From: a virus
IMG/VR virus record: IMGVR_UViG_3300025093_000009
Span: 52,158-116,157 of that record
DNA length: 64,000 nt
Strand: one strand, 5' to 3'
Every line of letters starts with the position of its first letter. The first letter of the stretch is position 1. A program made the translations under genes and the position numbers. Under the pieces are notes generated by a model. It saw nothing but the letters and a program-made list of their open reading frames with translations, was not told the origin of the DNA and ran no database searches. Below, one piece after another: positions 11,101 to 20,900 of the stretch.

Positions 11101-12192
11101 TATGATCAACTTACTACTGCTTGGATTAGAAGACCAAATGAAGATGTAGAAGTAAGATCTAAATATAATGAAACTGCTGTAACAGAAGCAGATGGTGAAG
11201 TACCTAATTATAATGCTATTAATAATCTTCAATTAAGATATAATACTCAGTTTGAGGGAGAACGTTTAAATGAAGTTGAAACTATATTTAAGAGAGCAAA
11301 ATATAATTCTCATAAGATACCAGAAATTTTAAATTCTGATGTTGATCAAGACTGGCTTGAGTCAGCAACAGTTGCTATAACAGGTGTTGAGTCAGGTATA
11401 GGTTTAAATGCACCAAGAACTGTAGAAGAAGCTAGAGATGATTATTTTGGTTTGAAAGGTGTTGCATATGATATTAAAGATAAAACAGAAGCAGATATAT
11501 CATTAGGTGTAGGAAAAACTAAATTTGCTTCTTTAGATAAATTTGCTAGAGAATATTTTGATATAAATAGTCCAAAAGATTTAGCTAATGATACAAAAGC
11601 AGTTGATGCTATAAGCTATACTCTTACTAAAAATTATGAGTTATTTAAAGATTATGCAGAACAGTATCCAACTTTAGGTTTAACTGAAGAAGATATTAGA
11701 AACATGGCTGTATTAGCATATAACCAAGGAACAAATAAACTTATTAATACAGGAAGAGTTGATGATACAAGAACACCTGAAGAAGAAGTAGAAGAACTTA
11801 GAAAACTATATAATGCTACCCTAGCGGATAGAAGTTCTACTAACTATAGATTTTTACCTGAAATTGTATATGATGTTGCTTTAGCTACTGGTATAGAAGA
11901 AAAGTCACCAAGTTATATTAATAAGGTTAATACATATATAAATGATTTATATCCTTCACAAGTAGCTGATGCTGGTGCTAATTTAAATAATCAAACTCCT
12001 AGAATTTTAGCAAAAGGTGGAGAGTACGGTATATATAAAAATTACATTGAAGGGTTATATGATGATACTGACAAAATACAATTTGCAGAACATATATATG
12101 ATAAACTAAATAGGAGACACTATAAACAAGCAAAAAATGCAGCAATGGCTGCTCCAAACTTTATAATGACAAACATAATTAGGAATTCTTAA
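8116..12192 (+). CDS. multidomain virion cargo protein: PT-TG pre-toxin domain, putative toxin, two lysozyme-like domains, two peptidoglycan-binding domains, CHAP/NlpC-like peptidase
   Basis: PT-TG-like 'LDGLGLIPGLGEIADGANALWYLAEGD..NAGLSAAAMIPFIGWG'. Lysozyme-like 'AEAES...STASGLYG' and 'GVESG...AYNQG'. PG_binding_1-like 'EVKDLQDVL..KGY...VDGKYGPKT' and 'EVRGIQEKL..LGY...IDGKFGDQT'. CHAP-like 'CAAG...GDIVGL...HSGFV'. Confidence 0.75.
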   Translation: MKKKFTHTERRGLPGGPNEYITHVSGLFSVEGYKSDSPDKNNPFNLIDSGNITMEGVEFPVMGIDNLGNAEMMLPQNNYEFPGDMVLEIPMAQDGDETPMATQMLDEVVVTAPKKKQSLFSKVGHGVLDGLGLIPGLGEIADGANALWYLAEGDKMNAGLSAAAMIPFIGWGATAGKLGLKGKKALDAANTARQLSKADLNYAKSLGLDVKDYNNLVDQYNASNKTYRSVSPQADVLNDINFRKAAEKAGIDFSKTATDNTDLLKYMSTSIPYKKLGNVYTDAAVKGTNDARSFLFTSPNKQFTSFYAPDGYMAKMPLFTDDINKLSIPEITNRIKFGSRASEYPFDALLDNPYMQNTLKSGTRVSMPPASKLGVQENTVQFIGDRGQRLFDPNTVEILPVGEALKNPNFQKGKEVPPEKWQDTINYIDENKLKRAIAEAESLNGQLMKNPYSTASGLYGQRFSELEKGKLYDGTRDQFIKDLDAQNRIFDMRLNEGVKVNKTTPLLKDAYDLMNEYKPQIKDFDFDYYDIISLSNFLGRQGTREFFGNVIRDGKDLSEVFPNLYGPNVKQPNKTPQEYLGITRKYYRQYAGEIPVIAQDNTRVNMPTIPIIDKKPAPTSRYSDLLFTENDFDIIGDDKDEFNPFDTIPIDTLEIQRDNTNVVDTNILPEYLQKYEKIKGPNFSDEEFKNILFDVSQESEFNEYQDPVLIADFIKKSNFYAEGWKDMTSAAPNEVKDLQDVLVRKGYDIGPTGVDGKYGPKTYAAHRAMVDDINLNPNAISRYYKKYGANNSSEVRGIQEKLVKLGYMSETLPNKNTTSIDGKFGDQTREALERYNTENAKDDPKATVFNDIPNLLEEDRCAAGMCVILERNNVLTEAIGVKYKDAWDLYESMENADNSEMVYNIYDDPRFNRINEETDINDLRKITKNVKKESQTKASDYAIGDIVGLFWDGSSHHAETLKSKTYNTHSGFVSDIVDGVPIITHNVNGRVLQQPYDQLTTAWIRRPNEDVEVRSKYNETAVTEADGEVPNYNAINNLQLRYNTQFEGERLNEVETIFKRAKYNSHKIPEILNSDVDQDWLESATVAITGVESGIGLNAPRTVEEARDDYFGLKGVAYDIKDKTEADISLGVGKTKFASLDKFAREYFDINSPKDLANDTKAVDAISYTLTKNYELFKDYAEQYPTLGLTEEDIRNMAVLAYNQGTNKLINTGRVDDTRTPEEEVEELRKLYNATLADRSSTNYRFLPEIVYDVALATGIEEKSPSYINKVNTYINDLYPSQVADAGANLNNQTPRILAKGGEYGIYKNYIEGLYDDTDKIQFAEHIYDKLNRRHYKQAKNAAMAAPNFIMTNIIRNS

Positions 12193-12222
12193 ACCATAAA
12201 GATTAGCGAATCTCCTTAATTA

Positions 12223-12232
12223 TTTGTATATT
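12223..12232 (+). promoter_or_regulatory. repeated intergenic motif TTTGTATATT (putative phage late promoter)
   Basis: The identical 10-mer also occurs at 47312 and 47387, all intergenic and upstream of plus-strand operons. Confidence 0.5.
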
Positions 12233-12243
12233 AATAATATAAT

Positions 12244-14967
12244 ATGATGAACGTGGATTTAAACAAAAAAAGTGTAAAACAGCAGGGTGGTCAGCAAATG
12301 ATTCCTAATGAACCTGGTATGCAACAGCAACCGCAGGTTGATCCACAGGTTATGCAAATAGCTGAAATGTTCAACCAATCAATAGAATCTGGCCAAAAAC
12401 CAGAAGAAGTTGTTGTTATGCTTATGGAACAAGGGGCTGATCAAAATATTATAGGTCAAGCACTTATGCAAGTAGGTATGGCTCAAGAAGATGTGGTTGT
12501 TATTTTTGAAAACGTACAAAAAATGCAACAACCTAAAGCACCTACAGCTGAACAAATTACAAATAATCCACAACAACTGGCTAGAGAAGAAGAGATACAA
12601 GAGGATGCACCTAATATGGATATACCTATTGATCCTATAGAGATGGCTAAATCAGGTATTGAAATTAAGCCTGAGAATAAAGGTAAGTTTACTAGATGGG
12701 CTAAAGCACGTGGTATGTCAGTTGCTCAAGCATATAAAAAAGTATTAGCTAATAAAGAAAAGTATCCTCCTTCTGTAGTTAAGATGGCAAACTTTGCACG
12801 TAATGCAGCTGGTTGGAAAAAAGGACAAGAAGGTGTTGAAATGCCAAGTGAAGGTTTACCTGTACAAGATCCATCTGTTTTGCAAAGAATGCAAATTAAA
12901 CTTCGTGACTTAATAAAAAGTAATGAAGTAAGCCAGGCTCCATATGATATACAAGGTATGATTCCTCCAGGTTACGTACCAAATCCAATGCAAACATTTG
13001 AATTTAGAGATGCAAATCAAAATGGTATTGAAGATAGGGATGAAGGTATTTATAAACAAAGAGATTTAATACGTGAAGAAGATTTACCTAAAGGAAAGGC
13101 AATAGGAAGAACTTTTTGGGGAAAAAGCAGTGGTGTACCTTGGCCTACTATGGATATTCCGGGCAAATATGCTCAACCTAAATTACAAGGTGGGGGTGAT
13201 AATTATGATGCTGTAAAAGCTGCAATGCTTCAGGGAGACAAAGTAGGAACAGACATGCAAAATCAATTGGCATCTTTTATGAACCAAGTTAATTTTGTTG
13301 ATACAAGTAAACCTAAAGAAAAAGACAATAGAAACTTTATTGACAAAGGACAAGATGAAGGCGTATTAAATCCAGGACCATTATATGTAAATCCAGCTAT
13401 ATATAATAATAACAAATTTAATCTAGGTAAAGCAGCAAATGTTTTATTAGAGGGTTATGAAAATATGTTTAGCGGTAAGGATAAAGATGGTGATGGTGTC
13501 AAAGATGGAAGCTTTAGAGATTGGAGAGGTAAGGCTATAAAGAATAAGTTGGATAAATATAGAAATGCAACTTATACTATAAACTATGATGGTAGTGCGG
13601 AGAACATTCAAGCTATGAAAGATTTCCAAACTCAATTTATGAAAGAAAATCAAGATTCAACACCAGAAGAATTAATTGAAAATACAGCAAAATATACAGA
13701 ACAAGGTTTTCTTGATGGTATAGAGAATTTAAATTTAGATCCTAAAATAAAAACTTTTTTAACTAAAAGTACAGAGGGAATGTCTGATGCTGCAATACAG
13801 GCATATCAAGATCTTAGAGCTAAGATATTAAAAGACCGTGGTATAGAAATAGAAGAAGATACTTCAGTAGAAGTAGAAGATACTACAGTAGAAGATACTA
13901 AAGTAAATGAAACTGATCCTAATTTTATAGGACCACCAGAAGCTCCTACTGATGAAGATATAGATGAAGATATAGTAATTAAATATGGTGCTGAAGTATT
14001 ACCTAAAGCATTATTTGGTTTTGGTAAAAGAGCAAGACAAGCTAAACAAAAGATAAAAGAAGATCCAATATCATTTGCAAGACTAATGGCAGGAGATGTA
14101 ACAGCTGCAACTGCATTTATGCAAACAGGTGGTGCGCCATTTGCAGATCAAACACTTACTTTTCAAGAATGGTTTATGCAAGATCCTATAACTAGAAGTG
14201 GACCAAACGCTCAGCAAGAATATGAAGCCTATGTTCAACAACAAGAAGGTCCACAATTAGGTCCTGTACAAACAGATACACCTTCATTAGAGGATGCAAA
14301 TACTGGTACTTATTCACCAATGGTAGATAAAGATAAAGATGGTATTCCTGATTATATAGATATTGATGGTGGTGATGGATCAGGGAAAGGTGCTCCAGGT
14401 ACTGTAGATCCATCCCCTTCTGCGGAAGAACTCTATGCAAAAATTAAGAAACCTGAAGTAGATGTAAATACAGGAGGTTTAAAAGGATTTTTAGATAGAG
14501 TTAAGAACAGCACTGTTGCTACAGCATTTGGTGATGTTTCTGATTTTGCTGTTAAAGCTGCAGATGTAGCTAATGATTACTTTGCTCAAAAAGAGCAAGA
14601 AGAGGCAATGGATGATTTGAGAGTAAGTTTATCTGCAGATAATATATATGGTACAAAAACAGATGCCTTTAATAAAAGAGGAACGTTTGATGTAAACACA
14701 GGTATAATGGGTAGTGAAGGTGACGCAACTACTGGATTATATCTTACAAAAAAAGGTGGAGAGTTTAAACCACATATGATGTATGATCCTAAAAATGGTA
14801 AAGGGTATATGGCTAATAAGATGGAGGATCATTTAAGAATGAAAGAAATGGGTTACCTACATAAAGAAGAGTTAGGCAAAGCTAAACAAGGTGGAGAAAC
14901 AGTTAGTGTTGATTCAGCAATGTTAGCAAAACTAATTGCAGCGGGAGCTGACATAGAAATGTTATAA
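12244..14967 (+). CDS. virion cargo protein (low complexity, modular)
   Basis: 907 aa, Q/M-rich. Contains the crAss cargo module 'GIEIKPENKGKFT...KMANFARNAAGW', DxDxDG motifs and a 'FKPHMMYDPK...DHLRMKEMGY' mini-domain. Confidence 0.65.
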   Translation: MMNVDLNKKSVKQQGGQQMIPNEPGMQQQPQVDPQVMQIAEMFNQSIESGQKPEEVVVMLMEQGADQNIIGQALMQVGMAQEDVVVIFENVQKMQQPKAPTAEQITNNPQQLAREEEIQEDAPNMDIPIDPIEMAKSGIEIKPENKGKFTRWAKARGMSVAQAYKKVLANKEKYPPSVVKMANFARNAAGWKKGQEGVEMPSEGLPVQDPSVLQRMQIKLRDLIKSNEVSQAPYDIQGMIPPGYVPNPMQTFEFRDANQNGIEDRDEGIYKQRDLIREEDLPKGKAIGRTFWGKSSGVPWPTMDIPGKYAQPKLQGGGDNYDAVKAAMLQGDKVGTDMQNQLASFMNQVNFVDTSKPKEKDNRNFIDKGQDEGVLNPGPLYVNPAIYNNNKFNLGKAANVLLEGYENMFSGKDKDGDGVKDGSFRDWRGKAIKNKLDKYRNATYTINYDGSAENIQAMKDFQTQFMKENQDSTPEELIENTAKYTEQGFLDGIENLNLDPKIKTFLTKSTEGMSDAAIQAYQDLRAKILKDRGIEIEEDTSVEVEDTTVEDTKVNETDPNFIGPPEAPTDEDIDEDIVIKYGAEVLPKALFGFGKRARQAKQKIKEDPISFARLMAGDVTAATAFMQTGGAPFADQTLTFQEWFMQDPITRSGPNAQQEYEAYVQQQEGPQLGPVQTDTPSLEDANTGTYSPMVDKDKDGIPDYIDIDGGDGSGKGAPGTVDPSPSAEELYAKIKKPEVDVNTGGLKGFLDRVKNSTVATAFGDVSDFAVKAADVANDYFAQKEQEEAMDDLRVSLSADNIYGTKTDAFNKRGTFDVNTGIMGSEGDATTGLYLTKKGGEFKPHMMYDPKNGKGYMANKMEDHLRMKEMGYLHKEELGKAKQGGETVSVDSAMLAKLIAAGADIEML

Positions 14968-14969
14968 TT

Positions 14970-17903
14970 ATGGCAAAAATTAAAATAAATAAATTACCAA
15001 AAGGATTTAAGTTAGTTGACGGCAAAGTAGTTGAAGACAAACTTATGCAACGTGGTGGTGGGCTTACATCTGGTGATCAAGCTGATTATGGTTTGGTTAC
15101 AACTCCAGAACAATATTATGGTCTTACAAATTTTAATAATACACAAGATGAGACTGTAAGATATTCTTTAGGTGCTGTACCTAGAGATGAAGCTAATTTA
15201 GAAGCTGAGGGTGGAGAAACTGTATTAACAGATTTAAATAATGATGGTATGTTTGGTCTTTACAATATTACAGGACCAAGACATAACAGAGGTGGAGTAC
15301 CAATGTTTTTACCAGAACAGTCTTTTGTTTTTTCTGATACAAGAGCTTTAAGAATGAGCCCTGATGAAATGCAAGAGTTTGGTATAGGTGGTAGTAGAAA
15401 AACGCCAGCTGTACTTTCTAGACGTTTTGGATTACAAGATTATTATGCTGAATTAGACTCACAGTATGCTGATGATATTTCTGCTAGAAGTGCAGAGCTT
15501 ATGTTGCAAAAAAATATGGGAGATTTATCTAAGCTTGCCTTTATACAAGAAGCAAAAAAAGATTTCCAAGACGGTGTACCATTAGCATCATACCCATACT
15601 TAGCATCTATAGGAGAAGACCCTATAGCATTTACAGCTAAGATGGAAGAGATATCAGAACAAAAAGCTCAAGAAAGAGCATTCCAAGCTTTACCACCTGA
15701 GCAACAACAACAGATATTAATGTTGCAAGAGTTTATGGCACAACAGCAAATGTCACAAGAAGGCATGCCTCCACAAGGTATGGAACAACAAATGCAACCA
15801 CAACAACCAACAGCTCAACAACAAGAGTTGGGTATGGCAATAGCTAATAATGATATGCTAATGACTGCTCAGTTTGGTACTGAAATGGGTGATTTCTTAG
15901 GTAAAGCTGGTTTAACTAAATATCAAAAGAAAGGTGAGACAGCTTCTCAATATGCTAAAAGAAAAGGACAAAGTTGGCCAGAAGGTGCAAAAGATCCTAC
16001 ATTTGATGGCAAAGTATGGCAGTTTCCAGATGGAACACCACCATTAGACAAACAAGCTGCAAGAACTTTAGCTATAGCAGTTGCAACTGGTAGTCCAATA
16101 CCACCTCAGTATATGAAAGATACTAATGCTTCTGATAATACTGAATCATCTACACAAGATGAAGAAGTAACTATTAATGAAAATGAAGAACTTAATACTG
16201 AAGATCAAACTGTAGAGGTTAAAGAAACTAAAGTAGTATCTGAAAACCAGGTTGATAAAGTTGAGTCAGGTAACAATCCGTTTAAAGAAGGTTCAGCTAA
16301 TTATAAAAAGCATAATGAATATGTAAATGGTGGATATACACCTACTATCATAACAGAAAATGGTAAGAAAAGAGTTAAATATGTTAGACCTGCAACAGAG
16401 TTTGATTATAGTCAATATGCAGACAGGCTTAAAAATGTAACAAAGACTGAAGTTAAAGGATCAGATGGTAAAACATATTCTGTTTATTCTGATGATGTAA
16501 CTGGTCAGCAGCAAATAACCAATGAGTCTGGTGCTGCCATATTTATACCAGGATTATATTCTGCATCTGATTCACCTGTTACACAATACAGTAATAGATA
16601 CGGATTTGGTTCTGATGAATTTTTTGAAGATAAATCAAAAGAAGATTTTTATTTTAGAAATAAAGCAATCATTGATAAAATTCCTGACTTTCAATTTAAG
16701 ATGGAAAGAGATGCTGATGGGGATAAAAAGACTGATCAAGCATATATTGATAACTGGCTTAAGTTTCAAAACGCATATGAGGATGAGCGTAAGAAATACA
16801 TGGAAGCTCAAGGCCTTACTTACATTCCTTACTTTATTTCTGATGAAGAGTTTAAAGCTCATCCAGAAAAATATGACAAAGATGGAGATGGTAAGATAGA
16901 TGATGACTTTAAGAAAAGAAGACTAGATGGTAAAGCAGGTGTATTTACTATAAATGCTCCTGGTTTTGATATAGGTTATGAACCTGGAGATACACAGTAT
17001 TTAGATGTACCAGATGATCCAAAAACACCACCTATACCAAAAGATACACCACTTCCTCCAAGAGAATGGTGGCAGCAGGACATTAATAATTTATTGACTC
17101 TTAATGCAATAGAGGATGAGTTGTTTTTACCGTGGGCTCCTGAGTTAGAAGATCAAAAGATAGATTATGTATTAGATGACTATACAGGAAGAGTAAATGC
17201 TAATCTAGCAGCTCAGAATGTAATGGCTAATGCATTAGGTGCTTATGGTCCACAAGCTATTGCTAGAAGTGATATACAAGGTAAAACTTTAGATGCAAAT
17301 GCTAAAGCTATAAACCAAGTAAATCAGAATAATGTTAGAACAATGAACCGTGTTGCAGCTTTACAACCTCAGCTTGATATGAAAGTTGATATACAAAATG
17401 CTAAAACACAAAAAGGTTTATATGATGATACTGTAACTGCATTACAACAAGCTCAGAATTTTGATAATTGGAAAACTGCTAAGTATAATGAATTGTATAA
17501 TACAGGATTGACTAATGCAGCTAATACTTACAACCTCAATACTTTATATGATACTTATAATGTAGATCCAAGGTCTGGTGGTTATGTAGAGTTTACTCCT
17601 GATGGTAGAATGTTATATAAAGATAGTTCAGCTGATCAAGAACAAATTAGAATTGAAAGACTACAAAAGCTTCAAGAATTATTTCCAGGTAAAGCTCATG
17701 AAAATTATCCTATAGTATATGGTGATAATGTAAATGCTACAGAAGGTATGACAAATGCTCAAGTTGAGGCACAACGAAGAGGTGGTTTTCCATCTTATAG
17801 TCCAACAGGTAATGTTAATGTAAACCAAGGTAAAAAAGGAACAGAAGTAAAAAAGAAATATAGAAAAGCATTCCCGTTTTCAGTGGGACAGATGGGTTAT
17901 TAA
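14970..17903 (+). CDS. virion cargo protein
   Basis: 977 aa. 'ANLEAEGGETV...GPRHNRGGVP...VFSD' N-terminal module is typical of crAss cargo proteins. Q-rich linker. Confidence 0.65.
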   Translation: MAKIKINKLPKGFKLVDGKVVEDKLMQRGGGLTSGDQADYGLVTTPEQYYGLTNFNNTQDETVRYSLGAVPRDEANLEAEGGETVLTDLNNDGMFGLYNITGPRHNRGGVPMFLPEQSFVFSDTRALRMSPDEMQEFGIGGSRKTPAVLSRRFGLQDYYAELDSQYADDISARSAELMLQKNMGDLSKLAFIQEAKKDFQDGVPLASYPYLASIGEDPIAFTAKMEEISEQKAQERAFQALPPEQQQQILMLQEFMAQQQMSQEGMPPQGMEQQMQPQQPTAQQQELGMAIANNDMLMTAQFGTEMGDFLGKAGLTKYQKKGETASQYAKRKGQSWPEGAKDPTFDGKVWQFPDGTPPLDKQAARTLAIAVATGSPIPPQYMKDTNASDNTESSTQDEEVTINENEELNTEDQTVEVKETKVVSENQVDKVESGNNPFKEGSANYKKHNEYVNGGYTPTIITENGKKRVKYVRPATEFDYSQYADRLKNVTKTEVKGSDGKTYSVYSDDVTGQQQITNESGAAIFIPGLYSASDSPVTQYSNRYGFGSDEFFEDKSKEDFYFRNKAIIDKIPDFQFKMERDADGDKKTDQAYIDNWLKFQNAYEDERKKYMEAQGLTYIPYFISDEEFKAHPEKYDKDGDGKIDDDFKKRRLDGKAGVFTINAPGFDIGYEPGDTQYLDVPDDPKTPPIPKDTPLPPREWWQQDINNLLTLNAIEDELFLPWAPELEDQKIDYVLDDYTGRVNANLAAQNVMANALGAYGPQAIARSDIQGKTLDANAKAINQVNQNNVRTMNRVAALQPQLDMKVDIQNAKTQKGLYDDTVTALQQAQNFDNWKTAKYNELYNTGLTNAANTYNLNTLYDTYNVDPRSGGYVEFTPDGRMLYKDSSADQEQIRIERLQKLQELFPGKAHENYPIVYGDNVNATEGMTNAQVEAQRRGGFPSYSPTGNVNVNQGKKGTEVKKKYRKAFPFSVGQMGY

Positions 17904-17927
17904 ACTTAAAGAGTTTACCGTCAATGC

Positions 17928-17958
17928 TTTGTAAACTTATTAAATAATATTAATTTTG
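17928..17958 (+). promoter_or_regulatory. Bacteroidota sigma-A-type promoter (-33 TTTG, 19 nt, -7 TAATTTTG)
   Basis: TTTG at 17928-17931 and TAATTTTG at 17951-17958 match the TTTG-N19-21-TAnnTTTG consensus in the intergenic gap before ORF 17963. Confidence 0.6.
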
Positions 17959-17962
17959 AATT

Positions 17963-20900
17963 ATGAGTACATACATCAAAGGAGCAGATACTTATTTACC
18001 AGAAATTAAACCGTTTACACCGGATTATAAATTTCTGTCTGCCGTGCTTGATACAAGGCAGGATAAGTATGATACTAATTTTAAAGCAACAAATGATTTA
18101 TATAATAAAGTTGTGTATGCAGATCTATCTAGACAAGATACTAGAGATAGAAGAGATCAGTATGCAGAACAGATAGCACCTCATATTGAAAAGATTTCTG
18201 GAATGGATTTATCTATTGCAGCTAATGTAGAAGCTGCTAAAGGTGTTTTTGCTCCTTTCTATGAAGATGATCTTACTGTAAAAGATGTGATGTTTACAGC
18301 AGCATATAGAGATCAAATGCAACGTGCTGATAATCTTAAGAACTCACCTAATGTAGATGTTGCAGATAAATGGTGGGATGTTGGTGTTAGAGCTATGCAA
18401 TATCAAATGGATGAGTTTATGAATTCATCTGCTGATGATGCGTTAAGACAAGGGTTACCTGAGTATGTACCTGATGCTGATTTATTTAAGATGAGTCAAA
18501 AGATTTTAGAAGAGATGGATCCTCCTCTAAAAATGAAGATGGATAGGTTTGCTTTAGTAGATAACCCAAAGTTTAATCCTAATAAACCAGAAGGTCCTGG
18601 TAATTTAAGAAAGATAAATAATACTGACTGGATTATAACTGAACAAAATGGAACATTAGTTACAGGAGCTGCATTACAACAAATTAGAAATAGGTTGATG
18701 AATCATCCTAATGTACAAAGAGCATATCAAACAAAAGCTTATGTTATGGGTATGGACTTTGCTACAGATGCAGTAAAAAATGGAGCTGCTTCAAGTTTAA
18801 AAGCAGGTCAAGAGATGTGGGCTAATGAAACTATTAGAAGAATTACCGCTATAAATGATAAGAGATTACCACAAGCATTACAAGATTTAGCAGCTGCAGA
18901 ACGTGCTGCCGTAACTTGGGATAGTTACAAATTAACTAATGGTTTGGTAGAGGGATCTGAAATAGATCAACTTCATAATGAAGAACTTTCTGATATTGAA
19001 GCTTATAAGCGTGATATAGAAAATATGAAAAAGATTCAGGATGAAGGAAACTTGCCTGCGTCAGATAGTTTAGCCGGTACTCTTAACAGAGCTTATAGTA
19101 TGCTTATGCAACATGATATTATGAATGATATGATGGAGTCAGCTCAAGCATTTAGTGCAAGAGACTATGAGTATACAATGCGTGAAAACCAATATGCTGT
19201 AGATGAAAAAAGGCATTTGTATGACATGGCAGAAATTAAAGCTAGAGCTATAAATGCAATGAATCTTGAGAAGTTTAAGCAAGATAGAGAAGACGCTAGA
19301 ATGCGTGAAAAAATTGCAAGAGAAAATGCAGCATTAAATAATCCTTTAAATGCAGCCCTGCAAGGTAATAATGTTACTATTGGTGATGCACAAAGTATTG
19401 ATGTTGCAACTAAAGATGGTGAGGCAACACAAAATGTTGATATGATTCAGCGTAGTAATTCTCAATATATAGAAGCAGATCAAAAACTAGCAACAACACA
19501 GGTTGATGATATTTTGAATATGATGCAGCTAATGAATCCTAAAGGGGATAATAGCTCACAAGATCAAACTTTTGGTATTATGTTACCTGGAGATGAACCA
19601 GGTACTGTTGAAGAGTATAGAGGTACAATAGAAAACATAAAGAGAAAACTTCTTACACGTAATACAACTACAGTTGATGGTAAAGAAGTACCAGGAGATT
19701 TCAAATACCGTAATGTCATTAATGATATCTTTACAGAAAAGAATAACGTTTTTGTAGATACTAGACTGCAAACAAAGAACAACCCTAATTTAACTTTAGG
19801 TCCTGAAGGTCAAACAATGTATGATGACTTATACAATAAAATGAATGGTCCAGGTGGTACTCTTACACAAATGAAAGGTGTTGATGCCTTTATTACAGAT
19901 ACCTATGAGAAGTATGAAAAAGTATATAATGATGAGATAGTACAACTAGTACAAACTGAAGATAGACATGTTAAAAATCTTATGCAAAATGGTAACATGC
20001 CAGGTTTATTTTTAAACGGTGTACCATTTGCAAGCAAAGAAGAATATATTAAGTATGTTGTACAAGGTGTTGAAAAAGGTGAAATATTAAATGTTGATTT
20101 AGATTGGAAGTGGGATACAGGAACAAGTAATACTGATTATAAAATCCCTGCAACTCAAACAAGATATACTGAGTATGGTACACAGTCATTCCCTGTTTAC
20201 AATGAAGACGGCTCCCGTAAGTATGAAATAGATATGAGTGCTGTAGAGTCTGAAGCAGGTATGGTTTATGATGCTTTAAAAACTAAACTAAACGCTAAAT
20301 TAACAGGACAGCTAGGAGACAATTTTGTTGGTGGTGATTTTAATTCTGCTAGATATGGCTTTGGTGGTGCATACAGTGATGTTGTAAGTAGCCCAACATA
20401 TAACTACTCTCTTAATCCTTTAACAAGTAATCCAGGTGCTGAAGCAGAGATGATTAATTTAGTTAATCAGTTGAATTATCTTGAGAAAGATAATAAAGCA
20501 TATGGTCTTGGATATGGTAAATTAAATAAAGAAAAAGAGCTTTTAGAAAAAAATGCATTGGCTGTTAAAGTTTGGAGTTTATATAAAGAAGATCTACAAA
20601 CTTGGTATGGTAATCCTAAAAGATCTAATACTGATGCTATAGCTCCTGTTGCAACATTAAGATACAAACCTGTATTTGATATAGCAAGTAAAGCAGATAA
20701 GACACATGCTGGTTATGAGATTGTGTTTTCTCCTGAGTGGTTAGCATCAAAAGTAAGTGGACCAGCTAGTGATCAGTATGGTGCATTAACATCAAATGAA
20801 GTAAAATTATTGCAGGGTGTTGGTGATGATAATGAAGGTGCAGGTATCTTTATGGTTTATGATCAGAACTTTGATCAAAACATGAAGAGTAATAATACAT

